Assembly (NCBI GenBank): GCA_965215605.1
Contig: OZ244070.1
Coordinates: 3,008,001-3,072,000, forward strand
Reading direction: 5' to 3'
DNA length: 64,000 nt
Source: an uncultured Candidatus Binatia bacterium
GTDB lineage: Bacteria > Desulfobacterota > Binatia > UBA9968 > JAJDTQ01
How positions within the stretch are numbered: position 1 is the stretch's first letter; each line of letters opens with the position of its first letter. The translations under genes were made by a program, and so were the position numbers. Shown here in pieces: positions 31,514-41,347 of the stretch. The notes under the pieces were generated by a model. The model did not search any database. It was given only the letters and a program-made list of their open reading frames with translations, and was not told the DNA's origin.

Positions 31514-34336
31514 ATGGCGAAGCGAAAATCGAGCAAGACGGTCGAGATCCTTCAGCACTCGAAGGCTTCACGAAAGAACATCCCCACCGCCGAATATCAA
31601 CCGCTCATGACCGACAAGGATCAGAGTTCGGTTCAGGTGGCCTACGAGCGCCGAAACCGTGATCTTGACCCACAACTCGTCTGGCGGGGCAAGGATGTGC
31701 AGGACTGGTCCGACCTCGTCGTCCAGGCGCCGCCGCTCTTCATTCAGGAAAAGGTCCACCCGAAGGCTCTGATCGAGGATATGCTGCGCAGGAGTAAGCA
31801 GGGGGAGGAGGCCAGCGACGAGCCCGGCTTCCAGGCCGACCTTTTCGCCGATTTCAACGGCCTTCCTTCCGAGGATGCCAGGACCGAGTTCTACCAGCAC
31901 GATGCCAACTGGTCGAACCGGATGATCCTGGGCGACAGCTTGCAGGTGATGGCGTCGCTGGCGGAGCGGGAGGGACTGCGCGGCAAGGTGCAGTGCATCT
32001 ACATCGACCCGCCCTACGGCATCAAGTTCAACTCCAACTTCCAGTGGTCAACGACCAGCCGTGACGTCAAGGACGGCAATGCGGCGCACATCACGCGCGA
32101 GCCGGAGCAGGTGAAGGCGTTTCGGGATACGTGGCGCGATGGGATTCATTCGTATTTGACATATTTGCGGGATCGGCTGACGGTGGCACGGGATTTGTTG
32201 GCTGAGAGCGGGTCGATCTTTGTGCAGATCGGGGACGAGAATGTGCATCGGGTACGGGTGGTGATGGACGAGGTGTTTGGGGAAGAGAACGTAGTATCTC
32301 AAATTGGATTTGCGAAGACATCTGGTTCTACAGACGATTTCCTCGGCCAAACAACGGACTGCCTTTTGTGGTACGCAAAAGACAAGACGCAGATCAAATT
32401 TCGTCGTGCGCTGAAAGACAAAAGAGCGGGTGAGCCTGGAGGAACGAACTACAACCGATTACGTGACAGTTTCGGCCGGAGTCGGTCAATTAAAGCAGAT
32501 GAAGATCTGAGCCGGGAAATCGAATCCGGGGAGTTGCGGATCTACTCTTTGGATAATTTGACGTCTCAAAGTGCAGGACGGGACAAAGGCGAAGGCGCAG
32601 CTTCCTGGTTTGGGGTGGAGTTTGCGGGAAGGACGTATAAGCCTTCGCTCGCGGTCCGCTGGAAGACGAATGAAACGGGAATGTCTAGGTTAAAATGCGC
32701 TGGCCGTCTCGAAGGGACTTATGCGCGGCTCGGATACGTGCGTTATCTGGAAGACTTTCCTGTAGTTCAAATCAACAACCGCTGGTACGATGTAGCGGCG
32801 AGCTTCATGGCCAATAAGGTTTATGTAGTACAGACATCTCCAACCGTCATTCAACGCTGCATCCTGATGACCACAGACCCCGGCGATTTGGTCCTGGACC
32901 CCACCTGCGGCTCCGGCACCGCCGCGTATGTTGCCGAGCAATGGGGTCGCCGTTGGATTACCGTTGACACCTCTCGCGTTGCCCTCGCGTTGGCCCGGGC
33001 TCGTATCATGGGTGCTCGTTATCCCTACTACTTGCTCACCGACAGCCGCGATGGCCAAATCAAAGAAGCTGCGCTTGCCCGCAGGGTTCCCTCAGCAGCG
33101 CCCACCTACAACGATATCCGCCTAGGCTTCGTGTACGAGCGTGTTCCCCACATCACGCTCAGGTCCATCGTCAACAACGCCGAGATAGACGTCATCTGGG
33201 AGAAGTTTCACGAAACGCTAGAACGGCTGCGTAAGGAGTTGAACCACGCCCTCAGCGCATCCTACGAGGAATGGGAGATCCCACGAGACGCCGATGAGGC
33301 TTGGTCCGTGGAAGTCAGGAAGATTCACGCGGAATGGTGGGAACAGCGAATCGCCCGGCAAAACGAAATCGACGCTTCCATCGCCGCCAAGGCCGACTAC
33401 GAGTACCTCTACGACAAGCCCTACGAAGACAACCGGAAAGCCCGCGTTGCCGGTCCCTTTACGGTGGAGAGTCTATCACCGCACCGTCTGCTGGGCGTCG
33501 ACGAACACGATGAACTCATCGACAAGGTCGCCGAAAGCACGTTCGGGTATGGCGACCAGCAGGATTTCGCCGCGATGATTCTTGACAATCTCAAGACCTC
33601 CGGTGTCCAACAGGCGCACAAAGAGAACCGCATCGCCTTCTCCAGTGTCCGTCCCTGGCCCGGAAGTTTCGTTTGTGCCGAGGGAGCTTACGTCGAAGGC
33701 AACGCCGACTCGGGTCCAAGAAAGCGCGCCGGCATCTTCATCGGCCCGGAATTCGGCACCGTCTCCCGCCCCGATCTCGTATCAGCGGTGCGCGAGGCCG
33801 CCGACGCCGACTTCGACGTGTTGATCGCCTGCGCTTTCAACTACGACGCCCACGCTTCGGAGTTCAACAAGCTCGGCCGCGTCCCGGTCCTCAAGGCCCG
33901 CATGAACGCCGACCTCCACATGGCCGGCGACCTCAAGAACACCGGCAAGGGCAACCTCTTCGTCATTTTCGGAGAGCCGGACATCGACATCCTCGAAGCG
34001 GAGGACGATCAGATCCAGGTCAAGGTCAACGGCGTCGACGTGTTCCACCCCAACACCGGCGAGATCCGCAGCGACGGCGCCGACGGCATCGCCTGCTGGT
34101 TCATCGATACCGATTACAACGAGGAAAGCTTCTTTGTCCGCCACGCCTACTTCCTTGGCGCCAGCGACCCATACAAGGCGCTCCAGACCACCCTCAAGGC
34201 CGAGATCAACGAGGAGGCTTGGGAAACGCTACACAGCGACACCTCCCGGCCTTTTGACAAACCCGCCTCCGGCCGCATCGCCGTAAAGGTAATCAATCAC
34301 CTCGGGGACGAGGTGATGAAGGTGTTTCGGGTGTGA
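31514..34336 (+). CDS. mod: Type III-like Mod DNA methyltransferase (N6-adenine, beta class)
   Basis: GDSLQVM, YIDPPYG (motif IV), a central TRD and VLDPTCGSGT (motif I). Confidence 0.92.
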   Translation: MAKRKSSKTVEILQHSKASRKNIPTAEYQPLMTDKDQSSVQVAYERRNRDLDPQLVWRGKDVQDWSDLVVQAPPLFIQEKVHPKALIEDMLRRSKQGEEASDEPGFQADLFADFNGLPSEDARTEFYQHDANWSNRMILGDSLQVMASLAEREGLRGKVQCIYIDPPYGIKFNSNFQWSTTSRDVKDGNAAHITREPEQVKAFRDTWRDGIHSYLTYLRDRLTVARDLLAESGSIFVQIGDENVHRVRVVMDEVFGEENVVSQIGFAKTSGSTDDFLGQTTDCLLWYAKDKTQIKFRRALKDKRAGEPGGTNYNRLRDSFGRSRSIKADEDLSREIESGELRIYSLDNLTSQSAGRDKGEGAASWFGVEFAGRTYKPSLAVRWKTNETGMSRLKCAGRLEGTYARLGYVRYLEDFPVVQINNRWYDVAASFMANKVYVVQTSPTVIQRCILMTTDPGDLVLDPTCGSGTAAYVAEQWGRRWITVDTSRVALALARARIMGARYPYYLLTDSRDGQIKEAALARRVPSAAPTYNDIRLGFVYERVPHITLRSIVNNAEIDVIWEKFHETLERLRKELNHALSASYEEWEIPRDADEAWSVEVRKIHAEWWEQRIARQNEIDASIAAKADYEYLYDKPYEDNRKARVAGPFTVESLSPHRLLGVDEHDELIDKVAESTFGYGDQQDFAAMILDNLKTSGVQQAHKENRIAFSSVRPWPGSFVCAEGAYVEGNADSGPRKRAGIFIGPEFGTVSRPDLVSAVREAADADFDVLIACAFNYDAHASEFNKLGRVPVLKARMNADLHMAGDLKNTGKGNLFVIFGEPDIDILEAEDDQIQVKVNGVDVFHPNTGEIRSDGADGIACWFIDTDYNEESFFVRHAYFLGASDPYKALQTTLKAEINEEAWETLHSDTSRPFDKPASGRIAVKVINHLGDEVMKVFRV

Positions 34337-34366
34337 AGCCGTCGTTACGAGAGGGGAGGGTGCCTC

Positions 34367-35356
34367 ATGGCTAGCGGTGACCAAATCAAGGCATTACTGA
34401 AGTCGCACCTGGAGGGTGATGACGACCGCTTCTTTGCCGTCGCCATGCAGGTGGCGGCTCATGAGGCCAGGCTCGGCCATGGCAAACTTGCCGAACAGTT
34501 GCGCGCCATGGTTGACGAAGCCAAGGGCCAGGTTGGGACGGTTCGGCCCGTTCCCATCGGCCGCCCGCGAGGAGAACTCGCGAATCTCCTGGAAGCGTCA
34601 TACCCGAAGGCTCGTCTCAGTGAGATGATTCTCGGCGATGCTCTCGCTGAACAGATCAGCCGGGTCATCCGGGAGCAGCGCCAAGCCAGTCGCATCCTGG
34701 CATCTGGCCTTTCGCCCAGGCGAAAGTTGCTGCTGATAGGGCCTCCCGGCACAGGCAAGACGTTGACGGCTACGGTCTTGGCGGGGGAACTCCGCCTTCC
34801 TCTCTTCCAGGTCAGACTGGACGGGCTCATCACCAAGTTCATGGGAGAGACCGCGGCCAAACTAAGGCAGATATTCGATGCCACAAGTCGGAACCGGGGC
34901 ATCTACTTTTTCGATGAGTTCGACGCCATCGGTTCACAGCGGGGTCTTGCCAATGACGTGGGTGAGATCCGTCGCGTTTTGAACAGTTTCTTGCAGATGA
35001 TTGAGCAAGATGGTTCTCACAGTTTGGTCGTTGCGGCGACAAACCATCCCGGAATACTCGATCACGCCCTGTTCCGCCGTTTCGACGACGTCTTGCACTA
35101 TGAGTTGCCGGACATGTCACACATTGCAGACCTCCTGAAGAGACGGCTTGTCGGATCGGTTGCCAAGGGGTTCCGATGGGAGGCCTTGGCGGGACTGGCT
35201 CAGGGGCTGAGTTATGCCGAGGTAACGCGCGCGGCCAACGAGGCTCTCAAGGACGCGCTGATCCATGATCGTGACAGAATCCTTCCGGAAGAACTTCGGA
35301 CTGTGCTCGCCGAGCGCAAGCGCCTTGCCGAGAGGTTGACCACGCAAGTGGAATAG
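34367..35356 (+). CDS. AAA+ ATPase, IetA-like
   Basis: GPPGTGKT, FFDEFD and LDHALFRRFD. Directly upstream of an S8 peptidase. Confidence 0.88.
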   Translation: MASGDQIKALLKSHLEGDDDRFFAVAMQVAAHEARLGHGKLAEQLRAMVDEAKGQVGTVRPVPIGRPRGELANLLEASYPKARLSEMILGDALAEQISRVIREQRQASRILASGLSPRRKLLLIGPPGTGKTLTATVLAGELRLPLFQVRLDGLITKFMGETAAKLRQIFDATSRNRGIYFFDEFDAIGSQRGLANDVGEIRRVLNSFLQMIEQDGSHSLVVAATNHPGILDHALFRRFDDVLHYELPDMSHIADLLKRRLVGSVAKGFRWEALAGLAQGLSYAEVTRAANEALKDALIHDRDRILPEELRTVLAERKRLAERLTTQVE

Positions 35357-35376
35357 GGGGAGGGGCGGGGAACCAA

Positions 35377-37908
35377 ATGGCGGAGGCAACCGCGGGTCGA
35401 CATCGGCACTTCATTCTCGAGGGTATCACCGAGACAGAGGAGTACCGCCGCCCGGGAAGTGGAGGGCAGCGCACTTCGATCCCGGAGCAGGAACGGACAC
35501 AGCATGGCGGAGCCCTGCTGGGCCAGCTTGCGGAGTGTCGAAGTGCCGCCGACGCCGCCCGAGAGATCCAGCAGACCGCAGGGTCCGAAGGAGGTCTGGG
35601 CCTCCAGGTCGAATTCGAGAGTTTCCCTGATGTCGAGTTGGCGTTCGAGAGCTTGGCGAGAGAACGCCAGGGCATCGAATTGCTGAACGTTCGCCATGAC
35701 GGGAGTCGGACCCTCGCCACTGTCTTCGTCCCCGACGGCAAGCTGGACCATTTCGAAGGGCTCATCCACGACTATCTGGATGGAAAGAGAGACCGCGCAG
35801 ACCGTCCTCGTGACAACAGGCGTCTCATCGACGCCATCCAGCAGATCCGAGCGGCAAGCATTCGGGCGCTTTGGACCGACGATGACGAGGCGTTTCCGAC
35901 ATCAGAAGAGGGTCCGTTGTGGTGGGAAGTATGGTTGCCGCGGAAAGGCTCTCCATCCGATCCCACGGCTGCGGATCAATTACTTGCCCCGGATGGTTTC
36001 CGACAGAGAGCCGAAGCCCAGGGAATTCAGGTGGCGCAAGGAGAAGCTCGATTTCCGGAGCGTACTGCCTTGCTGGTCCGGGCATCTCTCGAAGAGATGC
36101 AGCGTTCCATGGTTACGCTGAACAGCATCGCCGAGTTGCGGCGGGCGAAGGAGACGGCGGAGTTCTTTGATTCTCTGGAACAAGATGAGCAACGCGCATG
36201 GCTTGACGATCTCCTTGCACGAACACGATTCGCTCAAGATACCGAGGAGACACCTTACGTGTGTCTGCTCGATACGGGTGTCAATCGCGGGCATCGATTG
36301 CTTGCGCCAGCCCTTGACGCCCGTGACCTCCATACCGTCGAGCCTGGGTGGGGGACCAATGATGCCGAGGGGCATGGAACGGAGATGGCGGGTGTAGCTC
36401 TGGCCGGCAACTTGGCCGAGATCCTCGAAAGTAGCGACCCTGTAGAAATCGATCATCGACTCGAATCCGTCAAGCTACTGCCAAAGGGTGGAGCAACCGG
36501 AACGGCTCCCCGTCACCATGCGTACTTGACGCTCGAAGCGGTGGCGCGTCCCGAAGTTACGGCTCCGTCGCGGGTTCGAGTCTTTGGCATGGCCGTCACG
36601 GCGCGTGACAATCGGGACCGCGGGCGCCCGTCCTCTTGGTCCGGGGCGGTGGATTCGTTGGCGGCGGATATTGACGGACGCGGAGCCAATCCGCGGCTGC
36701 TAGTGGTGTCCGCGGGGAATGTCAGCGATCCCAGCGCGTGGTGGCATTATCCAAACAGTAACGAGACGGACGGAGTTCACGATCCTGCTCAAGCGTGGAA
36801 CGCCGTCACCGTAGGCGCCTATACCGACTTCGTCCAGATTGCTGAACCGGACGCTGCTGGCTATGTGCCGATCGCCCAGGCGGGCGAACTGAGTCCTTTC
36901 AGTACGCCCTCTCTGACATGGGAGCGCTTCTTGCCAAACAAGCCGGACATCGTTCTCGAAGGCGGCAACGCGGCCAAGGACTCACTGAGCGCGGTACCTC
37001 TGCCCAGCCTCAGCCTCTTGACGACGCACTATCGTCCCGCGGATCGACTCTTTACGACGACAAACGCGACCAGTGCCGCGATGGCGCTTGCATCCAGACT
37101 GGCGGCACAAATCAGAGGCGCTTACCCCGAGCTATGGCCGGAAACAGTGCGTGCGTTGATGGTCCACTCAGCCGAGTGGACGCCGGCCATGAAGCGTATG
37201 TTTCTGCAAGGTAGAAGACGCCCATCAAAGCTGGACTACGGGAATCTGGTACGGCGGTGTGGATTCGGCGTCCCGGACATCAATCGCGCAATTTGGAGTG
37301 TCGAGAACTCCCTGACGATGGTTGTTCAGGAAACGTTGCAGCCATTCAAACGTGTGCCGGGCAAGCAGGTCACTCTGCGCGATATGCATCTCCACAATCT
37401 GCCTTGGCCGCGCGATGTCCTTGAGGACTTGGGCGGCACGCAAGTCGAGATGCGGGTCACACTGTCGTACTTCATCGAGCCTAATCCCTCGCAACGGGGC
37501 GCCCGCTCCCGCTACCGGTATGAATCTCACGGCCTCCGCTTCGACGTAAAGCGCCCGCTGGAATCCACGGATGACTTTCGCCGTCGCATCAACTTGTTGG
37601 CAAGAGATGAAGAAACGGGAGGCAATCGCGGGGGTGGCGATCCGTCATGGCTAATCGGAGGCCAAGGACGCCATCGAGGTTCGTTGCACGGAGACATCTG
37701 GAGAGGCACGGCTGCGGACCTCGCGAATCGCGGTTCCATCGCTGTCTATCCCACTGCCGGCTGGTGGAAGACTCGACCTGCGCTGGAGCGTTACGACAAA
37801 ATAGCCCGGTATGCCTTGGTCGTCAGCATCAAGGCGCCGGAGGTGGACGTTGATCTCTACAGCGAGGTCGCTAATCTGATTGCGCCGAAGGTCGAAGTCG
37901 AGACCTGA
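35377..37908 (+). CDS. Subtilisin-like S8 peptidase, IetS-like
   Basis: LLDTG (Asp), HGTEMAG (His), SAGN, KPDIV and ATSAA (Ser). No signal peptide. Confidence 0.88.
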   Translation: MAEATAGRHRHFILEGITETEEYRRPGSGGQRTSIPEQERTQHGGALLGQLAECRSAADAAREIQQTAGSEGGLGLQVEFESFPDVELAFESLARERQGIELLNVRHDGSRTLATVFVPDGKLDHFEGLIHDYLDGKRDRADRPRDNRRLIDAIQQIRAASIRALWTDDDEAFPTSEEGPLWWEVWLPRKGSPSDPTAADQLLAPDGFRQRAEAQGIQVAQGEARFPERTALLVRASLEEMQRSMVTLNSIAELRRAKETAEFFDSLEQDEQRAWLDDLLARTRFAQDTEETPYVCLLDTGVNRGHRLLAPALDARDLHTVEPGWGTNDAEGHGTEMAGVALAGNLAEILESSDPVEIDHRLESVKLLPKGGATGTAPRHHAYLTLEAVARPEVTAPSRVRVFGMAVTARDNRDRGRPSSWSGAVDSLAADIDGRGANPRLLVVSAGNVSDPSAWWHYPNSNETDGVHDPAQAWNAVTVGAYTDFVQIAEPDAAGYVPIAQAGELSPFSTPSLTWERFLPNKPDIVLEGGNAAKDSLSAVPLPSLSLLTTHYRPADRLFTTTNATSAAMALASRLAAQIRGAYPELWPETVRALMVHSAEWTPAMKRMFLQGRRRPSKLDYGNLVRRCGFGVPDINRAIWSVENSLTMVVQETLQPFKRVPGKQVTLRDMHLHNLPWPRDVLEDLGGTQVEMRVTLSYFIEPNPSQRGARSRYRYESHGLRFDVKRPLESTDDFRRRINLLARDEETGGNRGGGDPSWLIGGQGRHRGSLHGDIWRGTAADLANRGSIAVYPTAGWWKTRPALERYDKIARYALVVSIKAPEVDVDLYSEVANLIAPKVEVET

Positions 37909-37909
37909 G

Positions 37910-40054
37910 ATGCAATTTATCATCGCAAATACCTTCACCGAGAGCCTCGCCAGGCTGACCGGCGACGAACAGAAGGCCGCTAAGACGACGGTCTTCGACC
38001 TTCAGACCGACCCTTCGCAGCCGGGACTCAGTTTCCACCGGGTCAGGAACCCAAAGGACCGGAACTTCTGGTCCGTTCGCGTGAGTAGTGATGTTAGGAT
38101 CATTGTGCACAAGAGCGCCGACAGCACGGTCTTGTGCTACGTGGACCATCACGAAGACGCCTACAAATGGGCCGAACGCCGCAAGCTGGAGACCCATCCG
38201 AAGACCGGTGCAGCGCAACTGGTCGAACTCCGAGAGACGGTCAGGGAAATCATCGTGCCAAGGGCCGTCGAACCAGTGCCGGAGGTTCAGCCGAAACCGC
38301 TGCTGTTCGCGGGCATCAGCGATGACGCTCTCCTGGGGTATGGGGTTCCGGGTGAATGGTTGAATGATGTACGGGCCGCTGACGAGGACAGTGTCCTGGA
38401 TTTGGCCGCGCACCTGCCGGCGGAAGCGGCGGAGGCGCTACTGGTTCTGGCGGTGGGCGGGACGCCTCAGATGGCGCTGGCTTCGTCCGGTCCGCGTTCG
38501 TTCGAAGACTCCGACCTTCCGATGATGGTAGCGGAGGCGGCGGTAGAGTATGGTGCCGCGCTACCTCCCGACCCCTTCGATCACCCTGACGCGCAGCGTC
38601 GTTTCCGCGTCATGCACGACATCGCGGAACTGGAACGCGCCCTGAGCTATCCGTGGGAAAAATGGGCCGTGTTCCTCCACCCGGTGCAGCAACAGATCGT
38701 CGAGAAATTCTACGGCGGCCCGGCCCGGGTGTTTGGCACCGCGGGCACCGGCAAGACGGTGGTGGCACTCCACCGGGCCGTGCACCTCGCCCGGAACAAT
38801 CCCGATGCCAGGGTCCTGTTGACCACCTTCTCCGACACCTTGGCGGATGCGCTCAGGACCAAGCTCGCACGATTGATCCACAACGAGCCGCGACTCGCGG
38901 AGCGGGTGGAAGTCGAGGCCATCGACGCAGTCGGCGAGCGCCTTTATCGTTCCCAGTTCGGTCCCCCGAGGATTGCCACACGCGCAGAGATCGAGGAACT
39001 GCTGGTCGACGCGGCGGGTGAAGCAGAAAAGGGTGACTTCAGCCTCCGGTTCCTGCTGGGCGAGTGGGAGAACGTGGTCGATGCGTGGCAGTTGGATACT
39101 TGGGAGGCGTACCGTGATGTGCGCCGGCTTGGTCGGAAGACACGGCTTCCTGTCGAACGCCGCGCGGTGCTTTGGGCGATTTTCGAGAGGGTCCGCATGG
39201 AGATCCAGAACCGAGGGTGGTTGACCAGGGCCGGCACGTTCGGCTTGCTGGCCGAGAATCTCAAGGATCGGCCACATCCGCCGTTTGAATTCGCGGTCGT
39301 GGATGAGGCGCAGGATATCAGTGTCGCGCGACTGCGTTTTCTGGCGGCGTTGGGAGGGGACCGACCGAACGGTCTCTTCTTTGCGGGGGATCTTGGTCAG
39401 CGCATCTTCCAAACGCCGTTTTCGTGGAAGGCCATGGGCGTCGAGGTTCGCGGGAGATCTCAGGTCCTGAAGCTCAACTACCGCACTTCCCATCAGATCA
39501 GGGTTAAGGCTGACCGTTTGCTCGGCCCGGAAGTTACCGATGTCGACGGTAATGTGGATGACCGGCGAGGAACGGTTTCGGCATTCAATGGCCCCGATCC
39601 CATCATGCGCGTATTCGAAACACAGCAGGAAGAGGCAGATGCCGTCGCGCAATGGTTGCAGCAATGTGCCAGCGAAGGCGTGAGCCCCGGTGAGATGGGA
39701 GTATTCGTGCGGTCTGCGGCGCAATTGGACCGGGCTCGTAAGGCAGTGACCCACGCCGGACTCTTTGTTCAGGTCTTGGATGAACAGGATAGCAATAGTG
39801 GCGACCGTGTCTCGATAAGCACCATGCATCTGGCAAAGGGTCTTGAGTTCCGTGCCGTCGCAGTCATGGCATGTGACGATGAAGTCCTTCCCTTACAGGA
39901 ACGGATCGAGAACGTGGCCGACGAAGCCGACCTTGAGGAGGTCTACGACACGGAAAGGCACCTGCTCTACGTGGCCTGTACGCGCGCCCGCGACCACTTG
40001 ATAGTCACGGCGGTCGAGCCAGCGTCCGAGTTCCTGGATGACCTCCAGACATGA
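37910..40054 (+). CDS. SF1 (UvrD-like) helicase with N-terminal RelE/ParE-like domain
   Basis: N-terminal PGLSFHRV...FWSVRVSSDVRIIV...YVDHH. GTAGTGKT, VDEAQD, NYRT, TMHLAKGLEF and LYVACTRAR. Confidence 0.85.
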   Translation: MQFIIANTFTESLARLTGDEQKAAKTTVFDLQTDPSQPGLSFHRVRNPKDRNFWSVRVSSDVRIIVHKSADSTVLCYVDHHEDAYKWAERRKLETHPKTGAAQLVELRETVREIIVPRAVEPVPEVQPKPLLFAGISDDALLGYGVPGEWLNDVRAADEDSVLDLAAHLPAEAAEALLVLAVGGTPQMALASSGPRSFEDSDLPMMVAEAAVEYGAALPPDPFDHPDAQRRFRVMHDIAELERALSYPWEKWAVFLHPVQQQIVEKFYGGPARVFGTAGTGKTVVALHRAVHLARNNPDARVLLTTFSDTLADALRTKLARLIHNEPRLAERVEVEAIDAVGERLYRSQFGPPRIATRAEIEELLVDAAGEAEKGDFSLRFLLGEWENVVDAWQLDTWEAYRDVRRLGRKTRLPVERRAVLWAIFERVRMEIQNRGWLTRAGTFGLLAENLKDRPHPPFEFAVVDEAQDISVARLRFLAALGGDRPNGLFFAGDLGQRIFQTPFSWKAMGVEVRGRSQVLKLNYRTSHQIRVKADRLLGPEVTDVDGNVDDRRGTVSAFNGPDPIMRVFETQQEEADAVAQWLQQCASEGVSPGEMGVFVRSAAQLDRARKAVTHAGLFVQVLDEQDSNSGDRVSISTMHLAKGLEFRAVAVMACDDEVLPLQERIENVADEADLEEVYDTERHLLYVACTRARDHLIVTAVEPASEFLDDLQT

Positions 40055-40093
40055 CTGTCCGTGTCCATTCACTCCATGACTCGTTGCCGATGA

Positions 40094-40225
40094 CTACGGT
40101 CTTAACGCTTCGGTCGCGGAATATCCCCGCAAGCGACGATGCTTGGCGATCAGACGTGTATCGACGCTACCCACGATGAGCAGTACCAACAGGTTCGCGT
40201 CGATGAAATATCCCGCGGGCGGCAT
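40094..40225 (-). pseudogene. Truncated PIN-domain protein (43 aa)
   Basis: My translation MPPAGYFIDANLLVLLIVGSVDTRLIAKHRRLRGYSATEALRP* has the PIN N-terminal 'IDANLL' motif and ends abruptly. Confidence 0.6.
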
Positions 40226-40229
40226 CGGT

Positions 40230-40526
40230 CTAAGCGGAGGCGGTCGGGAGGCGTTCGGGCGGGGGGAAACGGTCTGTCAGGGATTCGACCTCTCCACTGC
40301 GGTCGTTGATGCGGATGACCTTGTAGGAACGCGACACGACTGCCCCGAGCGCGGCGGTCAGGGGGTTCTTGTGGTCCCACGGTCGAGAGAAACCGATGGT
40401 GATTCTCCAGCTATTTGACGTGGATTCGAACTCGACCTCTTCCAGACCGATGTTTGTGACTCCTTCGTCCGCAAAAAGGTCGGCAATGTAGTCTTTTGCC
40501 TTGTGGCAGGCTACCTTCGCGTCCAT
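40230..40526 (-). CDS. Small hypothetical protein, probable partner of the PIN protein
   Basis: RBS GGAGG, IGLEEVEF, WRITIGFSRP and YKVIRI. Ends 4 nt before the PIN remnant. Confidence 0.65.
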   Translation of the reverse strand: MDAKVACHKAKDYIADLFADEGVTNIGLEEVEFESTSNSWRITIGFSRPWDHKNPLTAALGAVVSRSYKVIRINDRSGEVESLTDRFPPPERLPTASA

Positions 40527-40650
40527 GTCAGCCTCCGCTGCATCCCTGTCAACTATCGTCGACGCGTGCCGTACACTCCCCACAACACAACTCTGTCGTG
40601 ACCTGCCTGCATCTTGTGTTCATGGAGGGTTTTTTGAGAACGCCATGCCA

Positions 40651-41286
40651 TTATAGGCTGTCATCCCGCGGAGGTATCTGCAATCCACGCTTCACCGCCG
40701 GCCGGGAGCCGACCCGGGCCAGCCATTCCCGCACATTCGGGTAGCGGTCGAGGTCGACCTCCTGCATCTGCCAGCGGTAGATCCATGGGTAGGCGGCCAC
40801 GTCGGCGATGGAATAGTCGCCGGCCAGATAGTCTCGTCCTTCCAGCCCGCGGTTCAGCACGCCGTAGACGCGGTTGTTCTCCGCCTGCCAGACGCCCAGA
40901 TGGGCGTGCTCTTCGCCGGCGTCGCGGCGGCGTATCTGCCAGTGCACGCCCAGGCCCGTGTGGGTGATGTGGCCAGAGGCGAAGAAGAGCCAGTTCAGTA
41001 CTTCCATGCGGGCAGACGGCTCTTGCGGCAGGAGCCGTCCCGACTTCTCCGCCAGGTAGATGAGGATGGCGCCCGACTCGAACACGGTGACGGACACGCC
41101 GCCGGGGCCGTCGTCATCGACGATGCAGGGGATCCGGCCGTTGGGATTGATGGCCAGATACCAGTCTTCCTTCTGCTCCATGTTCTCCAGGGCCATGGGC
41201 CTGACCGTGTAGTCCAGCCCCGATTCCTCCAGCATGATGGATGCCTTGCGGCCGTTGGAGGTTGCCTTGCTGTAGAGGGTGATCAT
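40651..41286 (-). CDS. Glutathione S-transferase (YfcG/Nu-like)
   Basis: TSNGRK, INPNGRIP, FESGAIL.YLAEK and YSIAD. Confidence 0.92.
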   Translation of the reverse strand: MITLYSKATSNGRKASIMLEESGLDYTVRPMALENMEQKEDWYLAINPNGRIPCIVDDDGPGGVSVTVFESGAILIYLAEKSGRLLPQEPSARMEVLNWLFFASGHITHTGLGVHWQIRRRDAGEEHAHLGVWQAENNRVYGVLNRGLEGRDYLAGDYSIADVAAYPWIYRWQMQEVDLDRYPNVREWLARVGSRPAVKRGLQIPPRDDSL

Positions 41287-41347
41287 CTCGGTCGTCTCCT
41301 TTTGGCTGCCCGGTTTATAGCGACTTCATCGATTTGCTGTAAACTGA

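Noticed and set aside
31514-34336. Phase-variable mod (phasevarion)
   Set aside because: I saw no simple-sequence repeat tract in the ORF or its leader.
26379-35372. AGGGGAGGG-like tracts before the AAA, IetA-like and IetS-like genes as possible att sites
   Set aside because: Short and low-complexity, best explained as Shine-Dalgarno or purine tracts. There is no matching copy at the right island border.
37910-40054. Gabija (GajB) assignment for the island helicase
   Set aside because: There is no adjacent OLD/TOPRIM GajA, and the protein carries an extra RelE-like N-terminal domain.
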